A stretch of DNA of 64,000 bases from a bacterium (GTDB taxonomy: Bacteria > Zhuqueibacterota > Zhuqueibacteria > Residuimicrobiales > Krinioviventaceae): contig OY843751.1 in the NCBI GenBank assembly GCA_963693055.1, forward strand, positions 4,960,001 through 5,024,000, read 5' to 3'. Each line of letters starts with the position of its first letter. Within the stretch, counting starts at the first letter, position 1. Position numbers and translations under genes: made by a program. Shown piece by piece: positions 30,589 through 41,559 of the stretch. The notes below the pieces were generated by a model. That model searched no databases. It saw only the letters and a program-made list of their open reading frames with translations, and was not told the DNA's origin.

Positions 30589-31245
30589 TTATTGAATCAA
30601 TTCCATAATTTTATCTCTGAAATAACAAAAACTGGGCGAATTATTATTATGAATATCCATATGGGGAGTTATTTTCTCGACCCATTCGGATTTCATCATA
30701 CCAATAAAATTCCATGGCCCTTTTTTTAAACTTTCAGAACCACCTTTATATATAGCATCTGCTAAAAACTCCCAGGTATCACATATAGAATCATTTTCAT
30801 AACGATTTAAAACAGTATCTCTAGCATTTGAATAAGCCGACTTTATAGCCGGTATATCACCTAGCAGCCATGCCTCTCCCTCCTCAATTGCAATACAAAA
30901 TCGTGTTTCGGGTTTTGGCTTACATTGGTCCAAAACAGAAAATAATTCTTGTCGAAAAGTTTTCAAACATTTCTTGTCCAAATCACAGATAATAAAAACA
31001 CATGCACGATAATCAGTGGGATATTGATTGAATGTCTTTCCATATCCTTTTAATAAATTAAGTAATTGGTCTAGTAAAATCCTTTTAGAGGCTTCTGTTC
31101 CAGGCTTTAAATTTCGTGGGATTTTCCCAATCCCTTTATAAGATTTTATCTTAAAAGAATGATTTTCATTATTAATAATTTGGGGTATGAGCTTTTCAAG
31201 CATTACTTTTCCTGATGCATCCTCTACCAATATCTCAAAATGCAT
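30589..31245 (-). CDS. DUF4276-family (TOPRIM-like) protein
   Basis: ILVED, ICDLD, IEEGEAWLLGD, NSPSF. Confidence 0.75.
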   Translation of the reverse strand: MHFEILVEDASGKVMLEKLIPQIINNENHSFKIKSYKGIGKIPRNLKPGTEASKRILLDQLLNLLKGYGKTFNQYPTDYRACVFIICDLDKKCLKTFRQELFSVLDQCKPKPETRFCIAIEEGEAWLLGDIPAIKSAYSNARDTVLNRYENDSICDTWEFLADAIYKGGSESLKKGPWNFIGMMKSEWVEKITPHMDIHNNNSPSFCYFRDKIMELIQ

Positions 31246-31248
31246 TCA

Positions 31249-32520
31249 TTACCTCGCATCCAAATAATCGCTATACCATAACCCTCCTAATGGCAATCCC
31301 TCGCTCACAAGCCCCTCAACAACAGGATCATCACTTGCACGACGAATTTTAGAGAAACCATCATCACCTTTTTCTAAAATCCAAACTTCTTTTGGTGCCA
31401 GTGCGTCAACAAAATAGGGTTGATGCGTTGTTACAAAAATCTGGGCACCATCTTTTCTTTTTATAGCATGTGCACGTAATTCTTGCGCCAAAGTCTCTAA
31501 TAATTTGTGATAAAGCCCGTTCTCAGGCTCTTCAATACAAATGAACGGCGGAGGTGTAGGATCATTCAACAACAAAAGGTATGAAAACAATTTAAGTGTT
31601 CCGTCAGACATTTGCTGCGCATAAAAGGGATCTTTAAAGCCTTTGTCATTAAAGCGGAGTAATAAACGGCCGTCTTCACTTTTTTGTGTATTTATCTTGT
31701 TAACACCAGGAATTTTTTCAGCAATTGAATTCAAAACAGACTTTAACCTGTCCGGATGTTCTCTTTCCATATATTGCACAAAGTTACCCAGGTTATCACC
31801 ACTCACATTCAAATGTTTTTGAGGCCCGGCTAAAGGTAAACTGCGCGCCGCATCAGGAGCAAAATAGCTCAAATACCAACCTTCAATAAAATTTCGAAAA
31901 GCTGATATCCGGGGATGTTGTTTCAGGGCCCCTAATGTCGCAATTCCTAATTTCCTTATATCTTCAAGCTCTACAATTTCCGTTTCCCTACCTTCTTCAA
32001 CAGAGAAAATATCAATTAGCTGTTGCAAAGACATCCCTTTTTCCCATACCCCAACATTTTCGTCGCCCTTCCAGGCAACCCCTTTTCCACTCTCTAATAT
32101 TAAAAACGAAAATGGTCTCCCCCTACTTTGACCTTTTCGTCGCTGTCGAAATCTCTCGCGTTTAACAAAGGGTCGTCCTTTTTTATCAATATCAATAGCG
32201 AGTTCATAAGTAATAGGCCGAGAATTTGCAGTTTGTTTATAATAGATTTCAAATTCAATAGGTTCGTTTACTCCCTGCGATCGAATACGGTCAAAGCCGC
32301 CCCGCCCCTTTACATCACAAGCTTCTTCCACACCCAATTTTAAACAATCTGCCAAAAATCCAAAAGCGTCAAATAAAGAGCTTTTACCCACACCATTCTT
32401 CCCAATAACCGCTGTCATGGGTGTTAAAGCATCTTTTTCGCGCTGGTTCCAAAGCCTGCCCAAGGTTATTTCTTTTAAAGTTTTATAATTTTTTATTTTA
32501 AAACCTTGTATTCCGGCCAT
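31249..32520 (-). CDS. ABC/AAA_21-type ATPase
   Basis: Walker A GKNGVGKS, MSDGT, Walker B IEEPENGL, TTH; GGAGG RBS. Confidence 0.9.
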   Translation of the reverse strand: MAGIQGFKIKNYKTLKEITLGRLWNQREKDALTPMTAVIGKNGVGKSSLFDAFGFLADCLKLGVEEACDVKGRGGFDRIRSQGVNEPIEFEIYYKQTANSRPITYELAIDIDKKGRPFVKRERFRQRRKGQSRGRPFSFLILESGKGVAWKGDENVGVWEKGMSLQQLIDIFSVEEGRETEIVELEDIRKLGIATLGALKQHPRISAFRNFIEGWYLSYFAPDAARSLPLAGPQKHLNVSGDNLGNFVQYMEREHPDRLKSVLNSIAEKIPGVNKINTQKSEDGRLLLRFNDKGFKDPFYAQQMSDGTLKLFSYLLLLNDPTPPPFICIEEPENGLYHKLLETLAQELRAHAIKRKDGAQIFVTTHQPYFVDALAPKEVWILEKGDDGFSKIRRASDDPVVEGLVSEGLPLGGLWYSDYLDAR

Positions 32521-32607
32521 CAAGACCTCCAACAAATCACTGATATTTTATTAAGTAATAAACCAATATAAAAATTTATTTTTATTAAACAAAAATCTTT
32601 TCAGCAC

Positions 32608-32643
32608 AAAAAAAGCCCTGCAACTTTCAGTCACAGGGCTTTT
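32608..32643 (-). terminator. Terminator downstream of tmRNA
   Basis: AAAAAAAGCCCTG...CAGGGCTTTT. Confidence 0.75.
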
Positions 32644-32653
32644 ACAATTCTAG

Positions 32654-33015
32654 TGGAGACGGTGGGAGTTGAACCCACGTCCGAAAACTCGGCCATAGCA
32701 GCGTCTACATGCATAGTTTATGGCTTGTATCTCGGTTGTCCCTGCCGCCTTAAACAAAGCCAGAACAACCCAGTTCTGTAAAATTTCACGCTTTACGCCA
32801 GAACATCATAAAACGCAAACCCGCAGTAATCGTCGTCCTTTCCGGCCCCCTGCGGGTCCAATTCCGGAAGGACGTTAGCTGTCAATTAAGCAGCTAAAGC
32901 GTAATCGTAATTGTCTGCAATTACTTGATTTTCTCGGATGATTAACGAGGTCACCGAGAGGTCCTCGACACGCAGCCACTAACACCATAATTCCCGTCGA
33001 ATCCAAGTCGTCCCC
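32654..33015 (-). ncRNA. ssrA: tmRNA; tag peptide (A)ADNYDYALAA*
   Basis: 5' GGGGACGACTTGGATTCGAC; 3' GGACGTGGGTTCAACTCCCACCGTCTCCA with G3:U acceptor stem; tag ORF at 32918-32886. Confidence 0.97.
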
Positions 33016-33120
33016 ATTTCAAAGAGCATCATATAATTTAACACTTTTTCAGCAAAAAACAATTGCTTTTCTATACGTATAACGTAAAATTACCCGCTTT
33101 TGTTCCACGCTAAACAACAA

Positions 33121-33151
33121 ATCCCGCGGTATCTGGTATACACCGCGGGAT
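33121..33151 (-). terminator. Intrinsic terminator
   Basis: ATCCCGCGGT...ACCGCGGGAT hairpin just downstream of the 33173 stop. Confidence 0.65.
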
Positions 33152-33172
33152 GTAATTTTATTCATTTTTTTT

Positions 33173-34972
33173 TTAACGAATCAATGTCATTTTACGGACC
33201 AGGGTGTTTCCGTTGCATTGCATCTTGTAAAAATAAACGCCCGATGCTACCTGCTGGTTCTGAGCATTCATACCATTCCAGGTCAACTGGTAATTACCGG
33301 CCTGACGATATCCCTCATACAGCGTTTGAATGCGTTTTCCGTTAATATCATAAACCACAACTTGCACATCACCGGCCTTATCCAGATTGTACTCGATAGT
33401 GGTTTGCGGATTAAAAGGATTGGGATAATTCTGACCCAGACTGAAAGCAGCAGGAACAGATTCATTTTCCTCAACTCCAACCGGTATGGTGCCTTTGATA
33501 ATACGGGCAACCAGCTCGTTGCCATTTTCTTCATTCGTAGAATCATAAACAGCATAAGCCACAAGAAATTCGTTACGATAACTGTTATGCGCAATACCCA
33601 CCAGGTTTCCACCAGCACTCTTGTATTCGTCAGTATCAATTTCACAATTTTCAGTGCTGGCAACATCATTGGCCCGGTCTAACGTAATCAATGAAACGGA
33701 TGAATCAGGTTCTACATAAACACGTTGTCCGTATTCATCTGTATTGTAATAATCAGTGTTCATGTTCCGCTGATCTTCCCAGTGCAGCATGAATTCATTA
33801 TCATATTCACTCCAGGCAATATCAGGAGCATTCTGCAGCCCGGTTGCATCACTTATGGGAAATGCGGAATGTACTTCAAAATCACCCAGGTTGTTTATAG
33901 CATAGCAGAAAAACAAACTGTCGTCATCCGCAGTCGGTTTTAACCCCATCTTGACCGCTTCCGAATCCGGTACAAAGGCAACCCGTTGTCCATAAATATC
34001 ATTATCCGGATACGCTCCATTCACCCACGTCACCAGACACTCGCAGAATTTACTGCTCTGTGCGGGTTTGTTTAATGAATTGTCATATTCATAATTAAAC
34101 TGCGCACGGGGTTGCAAGGGATCAATGTAATTGCCGGTATCTGTAGCAATAACCATAGGGCCTTCCTGATCATGGCCAATAGCATCGCGCAAAGCACCAT
34201 ACGCGCTTACACGTTGTCCCCAGACTTCAATATTGTTCATATAATTGTCGCTGCCAAAAACAACAAACCATTCATTGATATAATCCGAATAGGTGACAAC
34301 CGGAACATCATGAATATTATTTGTATCACAGATAACAAAATTTTCTGATCGATCTGAAGGGATTAAAAACTCACCATTTGCATTTACAATTTGGCCATAA
34401 ATATCACCATTGTACTCTATTACACCGCGATAATCCGTCCAGACCACCAGAAAGGTTCCTGTCATTGAATTATACGCAACATCCGGATAATGGATTGCTG
34501 ATGAATCCGTACAGATTGAAAAGCAGGTATCAATTTCAGTAAATTCAGTTTCAATGTGTTTACCATCTTTGTCGAGAATTGCAGCATAAACATCGTAATT
34601 ATCATACCAATCATCAATATCTTGAGCATTTCGATTATCAGAAAAAACAATCAAATATCGATTGCTAATGGGGTCAAAATCCAAATGCGGCCACCACTGT
34701 GAAGAAGAGTCGTTGGTAACACAAATATTTTCACCTCGTAGTGTACCATCACCTCTAATAATTTGTCCGTAAATATCAGAGTGTGTGGTTTGATATGTAC
34801 GGTTATCTTCCCAAACCACCAGGTACTCATCCTCAATAGGATTATAAACGGCTTGGGTAAAACTCTGGCAAAATGGCGCCTTGGAAATTTCAATCAGATC
34901 ACCAATGACTCCGGCAGATCCAACAGAACAGAATAATGCAACAAACAGCATTATTACTGAATACTTTTTCAT
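33173..34972 (-). CDS. Secreted repeat (beta-propeller-like) protein with C-terminal FlgD/T9SS-type sorting domain
   Basis: Signal peptide; repeated P.VAYN...FLVVW.D.R...DIYGQ; QNYPNPFNP...SGVYFY...KMTLIR. Confidence 0.8.
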   Translation of the reverse strand: MKKYSVIMLFVALFCSVGSAGVIGDLIEISKAPFCQSFTQAVYNPIEDEYLVVWEDNRTYQTTHSDIYGQIIRGDGTLRGENICVTNDSSSQWWPHLDFDPISNRYLIVFSDNRNAQDIDDWYDNYDVYAAILDKDGKHIETEFTEIDTCFSICTDSSAIHYPDVAYNSMTGTFLVVWTDYRGVIEYNGDIYGQIVNANGEFLIPSDRSENFVICDTNNIHDVPVVTYSDYINEWFVVFGSDNYMNNIEVWGQRVSAYGALRDAIGHDQEGPMVIATDTGNYIDPLQPRAQFNYEYDNSLNKPAQSSKFCECLVTWVNGAYPDNDIYGQRVAFVPDSEAVKMGLKPTADDDSLFFCYAINNLGDFEVHSAFPISDATGLQNAPDIAWSEYDNEFMLHWEDQRNMNTDYYNTDEYGQRVYVEPDSSVSLITLDRANDVASTENCEIDTDEYKSAGGNLVGIAHNSYRNEFLVAYAVYDSTNEENGNELVARIIKGTIPVGVEENESVPAAFSLGQNYPNPFNPQTTIEYNLDKAGDVQVVVYDINGKRIQTLYEGYRQAGNYQLTWNGMNAQNQQVASGVYFYKMQCNGNTLVRKMTLIR

Positions 34973-35124
34973 GCAATAACCCTCCAATTTTTATGATATT
35001 GAGTATGTTAATTTATTCGGTAAAAATCAAGAAATATAAAGCTTTTTGGGAAAAAAAAGTGGGAAATAATTGTTTACTTGTTTAACTTAAGACAAGTAGG
35101 AATTGGGTCAAAAAGGGGTAACCC

Positions 35125-37236
35125 ATGCAGTTTCAATATACACCATTTACATTTTTTTTGTTACTTTCGTTCACTATATCATTTTCGATTTTTATCTATA
35201 TTGTTCGAAAAACATCAGCCACCGGCAGAATCCCATTTTCAATTTTTATGGTCAGCTCAGCAGTATGGTCTCTTGCCTACGCGGGTGAACTATCAAGCGC
35301 AAATCTTGAAGCAAAATGGACATGGTTTATGTTACAAGCGGTTGGATTTCTCACTGTACCGGTAGCATATTTATATTTTGCCAAAATATTTATCGATAAA
35401 AAAAGCTTTAATAAATATCTGAATATCATCTTTATTTCAATTCCTGTTATTGTATTTATTTTTGTAATAACCAATTCTTTGCATCACTTATACATAACAC
35501 GTTTGGAGCTGTTTCAAAACAAATCTTACATAGATATGCATATATTCTATGGCCCGGCATTCTGGTTTCAAATTGTCTTTAGCTACAGTACAGCACTATA
35601 CGTCTTTTATAAATTCATACGCGCATATATAATAGGCACCCATTTATATAAAAGACAGGCAATTGCGTTATTATTGGCAGGCACATTGCCGGTTGTTTTC
35701 AGTTCGTTTTCTATTTTAGGATTCAACCCCTATAATGTTGAATATGCTACTTTTGTATTCTCAATCACCGGAATCATTATTATTTTTGGATTATATCAGT
35801 ACCGCTTGTTAGATATCATTCCGGTTGCACGAAACCAGATAGTAGAAATCATGGATGAAGCAGTTCTGGTTTTTGATTCAGAAAAAAGATTAGTTGATTT
35901 CAACACCAAAGCTTCCGAAATATTCAATTTGACTAAAATCAAATCCATTGGAGTTTATTACGAAACAGAATTTGCCCACTGGCCGCCTTTTGTGAATTGC
36001 CTGAAAAAAAACAATTTTACAAGCGGTATTGTGGAATGCAACCGGCATGATAAAGGATCAGGTACTGCCAAATATTATGATATAAAAATATCAAAAATTC
36101 TTACACAATCAGGAAAAATCAATGCATACATCCTGGTAATGCATGATATTACCGAGCGAAAACAGGAATCGCAATTGCTCAAGATATCACAGCAGGAGCT
36201 CAAAAAAATCGTCAAAACCCGAACCAATGCTTTACGGGAGTCAAACAAGGCATTGATTGAAAGTGAAGAAAAAATGTTCCAGTTTATTGATTCTGCCACC
36301 GAAGTATTTATGGTCTGGAATCAGAACTTTGAGCTATTGTTAATTAATCGCCTGGGCATTCAAATTTTTGCACCGGGTGCAAAAAGAATGGATTTTTACA
36401 AAAAATCAATTCACGAAATTTTCTCAAATAAGCTTGATGAAAAGCTGCTCAACAAATACAAAAACGTTCTTGAAACAGGTATCCCCTTTTCATCGGATGA
36501 AACGATTAAAGCAACAAACAACAAAGAATACAACATACAAATCCGGGTTTTTAAAACCGGTTCAGAGCTGGGAATGATACTCATAGACATGACAGAACAC
36601 ATCAAATCCGCTCAAGAGCTAAATAATGCATTACACGAAAAAGAGGTTTTATTAAAAGAAATTCATCACCGGGTAAAAAACAATATGCAGGTTATTTCCA
36701 GCCTCCTAAGTATCCAGGCAGCCAATATTACAGAACCCCATGCTTTGGAAGCATTTGAAGAAAGTAGGAACCGAATCCGATCAATGGCCCTGATCCATGA
36801 ATCTCTGTATCGTTCAGACAATCTTGCGCAAATCCATTTCGGATATTATGTAGACAATCTCGCAAAAAGCCTTTACCGATCAATGCAAACGGATATGTCA
36901 AAAATCAATCTCAAGGTTAATATTACAGATGTCTTTATTGATATTGCATCAGCTATCCCTTGTGGCTTGTTATTGAATGAATTGATCACAAATTCTTTAA
37001 AACACGCTTTTACAAATCTGGACAGTGGTGTCATTGCTATTCATTTTGAGAAACTTGACCATTCTTTCAAACTCGTATATCAGGATGATGGCAAAGGATT
37101 ACCGGAAAATTTAGACATTGAACATTCAAACACCCTGGGTCTGGAGTTAGTACAATCACTAACAAAACAGCTCAAAGGTACACTTGATGTTCGGACAGAA
37201 AACGGAACAATCTATGAATTGACCTTTCCATCATAA
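35125..37236 (+). CDS. Sensor histidine kinase (HisKA_7TM + PAS + HisKA_2/HATPase)
   Basis: N-terminal 7TM; PAS-like segments; EIHHRVKNN, NELITNSLKHAF, DDGKG, LGL. Confidence 0.9.
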   Translation: MQFQYTPFTFFLLLSFTISFSIFIYIVRKTSATGRIPFSIFMVSSAVWSLAYAGELSSANLEAKWTWFMLQAVGFLTVPVAYLYFAKIFIDKKSFNKYLNIIFISIPVIVFIFVITNSLHHLYITRLELFQNKSYIDMHIFYGPAFWFQIVFSYSTALYVFYKFIRAYIIGTHLYKRQAIALLLAGTLPVVFSSFSILGFNPYNVEYATFVFSITGIIIIFGLYQYRLLDIIPVARNQIVEIMDEAVLVFDSEKRLVDFNTKASEIFNLTKIKSIGVYYETEFAHWPPFVNCLKKNNFTSGIVECNRHDKGSGTAKYYDIKISKILTQSGKINAYILVMHDITERKQESQLLKISQQELKKIVKTRTNALRESNKALIESEEKMFQFIDSATEVFMVWNQNFELLLINRLGIQIFAPGAKRMDFYKKSIHEIFSNKLDEKLLNKYKNVLETGIPFSSDETIKATNNKEYNIQIRVFKTGSELGMILIDMTEHIKSAQELNNALHEKEVLLKEIHHRVKNNMQVISSLLSIQAANITEPHALEAFEESRNRIRSMALIHESLYRSDNLAQIHFGYYVDNLAKSLYRSMQTDMSKINLKVNITDVFIDIASAIPCGLLLNELITNSLKHAFTNLDSGVIAIHFEKLDHSFKLVYQDDGKGLPENLDIEHSNTLGLELVQSLTKQLKGTLDVRTENGTIYELTFPS

Positions 37237-37353
37237 TTTTATATCAACCGATCTCTTTGTAAAAATTTTTTCTATCTCTATTTTTTTATATTAATTCTCC
37301 CAATTTTTTATATATTATAATTCCCTTGTAATTCAATATAAAACGAGGTATTC

Positions 37354-39366
37354 ATGAAGCGCTCCACTTTCCTGTTAATAACTTTTCTGCTATTTTCCTG
37401 CTTACACGCCCAAACCCTCATCATCTATGGTGACAATGCCTCTGTTGTAGAAAAAAATGCAATAAATGATCTAAATACCGATATTGCCAAAGTATGTCAA
37501 AACGAATCTGTATTCATTTGCAACGAATCTGATTTTCAAAAACAGACTCAATATACAAAAATCATTCTGGCCGGCACTAAAAAATCGCATTCCATGCTCA
37601 AAGCCCTGTGCGATAGCAGTAAATTGCAATTGCTAATGATGAATGACAATCTTCCCGCAGAGACATTTCTAATTGAAAAAGTACGTTTAACCGCCAAGCC
37701 CAACATTCCCGTTTTGGCCATCATAGGAGCTGATGAACGCGGACTGTTTTATGGCGTATATGAATTTTCAAAACAGGTACTGAATATTGACGCACTCGAA
37801 TTCTGGACAGGCAAAACCCCTCAACCTCAAGATACCCTGCACATACCTGACATAATTGTACGTGTAGACGCCCCAGTCTTCCCTTTACGTGGTTATTTTG
37901 ACAATGATGACGATATGCTGGCAAACTGGAAAGGGCGTAAACTCGTAGTAGAATTTGACATCTGGCAGGAAATGATCAACAGTCTGATGCGCATGCGCTA
38001 TAATTTTATAGACATACATGACCTGCTTGGACGCGCTGAATATTATAAAAGAGATTATTATATCAACATGGTTGAATACCACACCGACCTTGAACTGGTT
38101 GAGCAGGTTATTGATTACGCGCACAGCAAAGGGATGCTGGTTCAGGTTCCCATGTATCTCGGTTGGGAGTTCCACCATATCTCGGATGATCATCTATGCC
38201 TGTCCGAACACATGGACGAGTGGATGAAAATATATCGTTACTATTTAAACAAATCCCCTTTAGGTAAAGCTGACTTGTTTTTGCAACGCCCCCGTCACCC
38301 CTATTGGGACACAGCATATAAATGTCCAAAAGAAAAACAAGCCGGCATTGAAACCGGTCCCCTTATGAACAAAATGTTTCAGGGACTTTACAATATAATC
38401 ATTGAACATAATCCCAATGCCATCCTCTTTTGTGATTTGTGGAGTGAAGGGCGCCCCATGTTCAATAGCGGTTCATTTCAACCAAACCGTAATATCAAAA
38501 TGCTATGGGCTGACCATGGTTTTGCTGAATTTGGTGACTGGCCTGAAGAAACACCGCGCCGTAAATACGACTTTGGCATTTACATTCACGCGGGTGTCTG
38601 GAAGAACCATGTATTACAAGATCCTTATCCCGGTAGAATCAAAGAGGCATCTTTGGAAGCCATGCAGCGGGAAATGACAAGCTGCTATCTGGTAAATGGC
38701 CAGGATTTTAAACATTTCATTCTCAACCTTGAAGCCTGTGCTTTGGCAGCCTGGGACCCGGTTCAATTTGATCCGGAACAATTCTATACTGACTGGACAT
38801 CCCGCTATTTCAGTCACCAGGCATCTGGCTGCATTATTGAAAGTTTAAAACTCTTGCACAAAGCCCATCAACCCGTTGGCGGGTATCGTGACATTACAGC
38901 AATGATTGAAACCATACTCAAAAACCTGGCTGATAAAAAACTTGAAAAAGTATCGTTACCAGAAATCGCGTCTGCAACAGGTTTGGCAGAATTGTCTTTA
39001 CAAACAGCAGAAAACACATTACCGGCTGTACCGGAAACTTGCTTTTTGGTTTATGATGATCAGATTGTATTCCCCGCAAGAATTTATGAAATGAACCTGC
39101 GTTTACTCGAGGCTACGGCACTATATAATAACTTTTTGGTTGAGTTGCAAAACCATCCCAACATGCCCGCAAAAACAGAATTGTACGAGCAATACAGCTA
39201 TGCTTTGCGAATGGCATTAATCTCTATCCGTAACACCCTAACCGAGGGGTCCATGTGGAAAAAATGGGAAGGTTGGACAAAACCCGAACACTTTAGACTC
39301 TACAATCCCATGCCTAAGGTTGAATGGGTTGACGAGATCATTAACACCTGGCGAGAGGAACTCTAA
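37354..39366 (+). CDS. GH115-like (divergent) secreted glycoside hydrolase
   Basis: Signal peptide; GADERGLFYGVYE.S, LRGYFDND and LWADHG resemble GH115 N-terminal motifs. Confidence 0.55.
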   Translation: MKRSTFLLITFLLFSCLHAQTLIIYGDNASVVEKNAINDLNTDIAKVCQNESVFICNESDFQKQTQYTKIILAGTKKSHSMLKALCDSSKLQLLMMNDNLPAETFLIEKVRLTAKPNIPVLAIIGADERGLFYGVYEFSKQVLNIDALEFWTGKTPQPQDTLHIPDIIVRVDAPVFPLRGYFDNDDDMLANWKGRKLVVEFDIWQEMINSLMRMRYNFIDIHDLLGRAEYYKRDYYINMVEYHTDLELVEQVIDYAHSKGMLVQVPMYLGWEFHHISDDHLCLSEHMDEWMKIYRYYLNKSPLGKADLFLQRPRHPYWDTAYKCPKEKQAGIETGPLMNKMFQGLYNIIIEHNPNAILFCDLWSEGRPMFNSGSFQPNRNIKMLWADHGFAEFGDWPEETPRRKYDFGIYIHAGVWKNHVLQDPYPGRIKEASLEAMQREMTSCYLVNGQDFKHFILNLEACALAAWDPVQFDPEQFYTDWTSRYFSHQASGCIIESLKLLHKAHQPVGGYRDITAMIETILKNLADKKLEKVSLPEIASATGLAELSLQTAENTLPAVPETCFLVYDDQIVFPARIYEMNLRLLEATALYNNFLVELQNHPNMPAKTELYEQYSYALRMALISIRNTLTEGSMWKKWEGWTKPEHFRLYNPMPKVEWVDEIINTWREEL

Positions 39367-39375
39367 ACAATTATT

Positions 39376-41559
39376 TTAAAACCAGTGACCTATACTTAGA
39401 TATCCCTGTAAATCCTTTTCACGATTATTGGATGCAATTGAAAATTTTACAGGCCCCAAAGGTGTATCCATCCCATATGAAAGGCTGCCACTCCAAATAC
39501 GGCTGCCGTTTGAAAAAAGTTCCTGATAACGGTCATGGAATATCCCCACAGCTAAACCGGCAGAAAAATACTGCTGCGCAAAGACCTTAAATTGCAGTGC
39601 TGTTCTTCCAATAATCAAATTTCTGGCGGCAATTTCCATATAATCCAGTCCCGCAAAAGGAAACATGTAATTTTCATAGTAATGATATCCACCAAAATAA
39701 AACAACTGTTCAACAGGTACCATATCTCCACTATAGTACCCCGTCACCAGTTCATACCTGAACGCTGACTTTTTTGTCAGTTTCCTTACTCGCTTTAAAT
39801 CCAGGAAATAACGCACAAATGATTTGTCTAATGCTACCGGATCGCTCAGCATATGAAAATATTTACCTTCCGCATGCAATACCATTCCGGATACAGGAAA
39901 AACAGCATGATCAAACGTATCAATATCCAATTCTAAACTGGTATTAAAATAATCATTTGTAATATCTCTAATCGATTTATTGGAAACCACGCTGGGGTCT
40001 AAAACCGTACGCTGACGCTGAATATTTAATCCAATTGCAGAACCATTGGTCAACAATGCTTTCAATTGCAAGCCCAAAGTCATATTAAACAAATTGTACC
40101 GGGCAATGCGCACATGATCTGCAAAATTATCAAAATCGCTTTCTTTTGCCCTCACATCAAATCCAAATCCCACTGCTGGTTTAAATATAGTATGATAAAA
40201 ATAATTCACACCCAGCTCACGGTTATGTCCCAGCTTGTTATCCAGAGACAATTTAGACCCATGCCCCAACAAATTTCGAAAAGTACCATTCAGTAATATA
40301 GTTGCATCATGACGGTTAGAATAATTCAGACCAAAATTCAGCAGATTGGTTGTATTTTCTACAACATACAAAATGAGAATAGTACCATCAGATGTAGACT
40401 TTAACTGATAGGTAACACGTTCAAATAATTGACTACCATACAACCTATCTACCGCCTTTTCAATATCTTCAGGAGTAACCCGGCTGGGAATTTTTAATCC
40501 TATATTAGAGGTAACCACATATTCAGGCACCCGTGACAATCCTGATACTTTGACATCCACAATATCAACAAACTGGATATCAGTGGCCGGTGCAGAAATT
40601 CTAACAGGCTCATTATATTTTTTTAAAGAATCGGCAAGAGCGGTGAGTTGCGGCAAAAACTCCCGTGCTTTCATTTCTCCATAATGGATCAAAGAGTCTG
40701 CTTTAAAAAAATCAAATATAGTATAGCCTTCAATATTCGGATAAATATAGAGATCACACATGGATAATTGTTCATCACGTTTGGCAACCGTTTGAAAATT
40801 TATGGTCTGGTTCAATATTTCAAAAAACGAATCCAGCTCTTTTTGAGAAAACAAGGGATTTGTTACATCTACTGCAATGATATAATCCGCTCCCATATCC
40901 ACAGCTTCCTGAACCGGTAAATTCCGTACAATTCCTCCGTCAACCAGCATTTTCCCTTGAATGCGTACGGGTGTAAAAACCGAAGGGATCGCCATGCTCG
41001 CACGAATTGCTTCGGGTAAATATCCCGATTTAAAAACATAGGGCTTGCCGGTTTCAATGTCTGTTGCCACACACCGAAAAGGTCTGGGAAAATCATCAAA
41101 ATCTTCAACATGATGCATAGACCATGTCAACCGGGACAACATTGCAGAGACTTTTTGACCTACCATCAGTCCGGTAGGTAAACCAACCTTGGTTCCGTAT
41201 ATGGGAAAGCCTCCCACATATCGCGACAACTCTAGTTTTTCCTGAATGGATATTTCATGGCGGGTAATATTATCATTAAAAAGATCTACCCAATTCTGTT
41301 CAAGAATAATCTTTTCAATCATTTCAGCATTGTAGCCAATGGCATACAATCCACCAATAATAGATCCCATACTTGTGCCACTCACAACATCAATAGGAAC
41401 GCCGGCCTCTTCAATAACTTTGAGCACACCAATATGCGCAAAACCCTTTGCACCTCCACCGCTCAAAACCAACCCCACTTTGGGTCGTTCCGATTGGGCA
41501 AAAATCCATAAAGGGCTCAAAAAAACGATTACAAACAACACAAAATATTTATTTTTCAT
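39376..41559 (-). CDS. Patatin-like phospholipase with POTRA + Omp85-type barrel (PlpD-like)
   Basis: LSGGGAKG, GTSMG, DGG; C-terminal TPLGP...GHWF. Confidence 0.9.
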   Translation of the reverse strand: MKNKYFVLFVIVFLSPLWIFAQSERPKVGLVLSGGGAKGFAHIGVLKVIEEAGVPIDVVSGTSMGSIIGGLYAIGYNAEMIEKIILEQNWVDLFNDNITRHEISIQEKLELSRYVGGFPIYGTKVGLPTGLMVGQKVSAMLSRLTWSMHHVEDFDDFPRPFRCVATDIETGKPYVFKSGYLPEAIRASMAIPSVFTPVRIQGKMLVDGGIVRNLPVQEAVDMGADYIIAVDVTNPLFSQKELDSFFEILNQTINFQTVAKRDEQLSMCDLYIYPNIEGYTIFDFFKADSLIHYGEMKAREFLPQLTALADSLKKYNEPVRISAPATDIQFVDIVDVKVSGLSRVPEYVVTSNIGLKIPSRVTPEDIEKAVDRLYGSQLFERVTYQLKSTSDGTILILYVVENTTNLLNFGLNYSNRHDATILLNGTFRNLLGHGSKLSLDNKLGHNRELGVNYFYHTIFKPAVGFGFDVRAKESDFDNFADHVRIARYNLFNMTLGLQLKALLTNGSAIGLNIQRQRTVLDPSVVSNKSIRDITNDYFNTSLELDIDTFDHAVFPVSGMVLHAEGKYFHMLSDPVALDKSFVRYFLDLKRVRKLTKKSAFRYELVTGYYSGDMVPVEQLFYFGGYHYYENYMFPFAGLDYMEIAARNLIIGRTALQFKVFAQQYFSAGLAVGIFHDRYQELFSNGSRIWSGSLSYGMDTPLGPVKFSIASNNREKDLQGYLSIGHWF

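Noticed and set aside
30480-32650. Intact integrative element at ssrA
   Set aside because: No integrase and no duplicated ssrA 3' fragment found
32654-32690. tRNA gene
   Set aside because: The T-arm and acceptor belong to the tmRNA 3' end; the genomic sequence reads ...CCACTA, so CCA is not fully encoded, which is common
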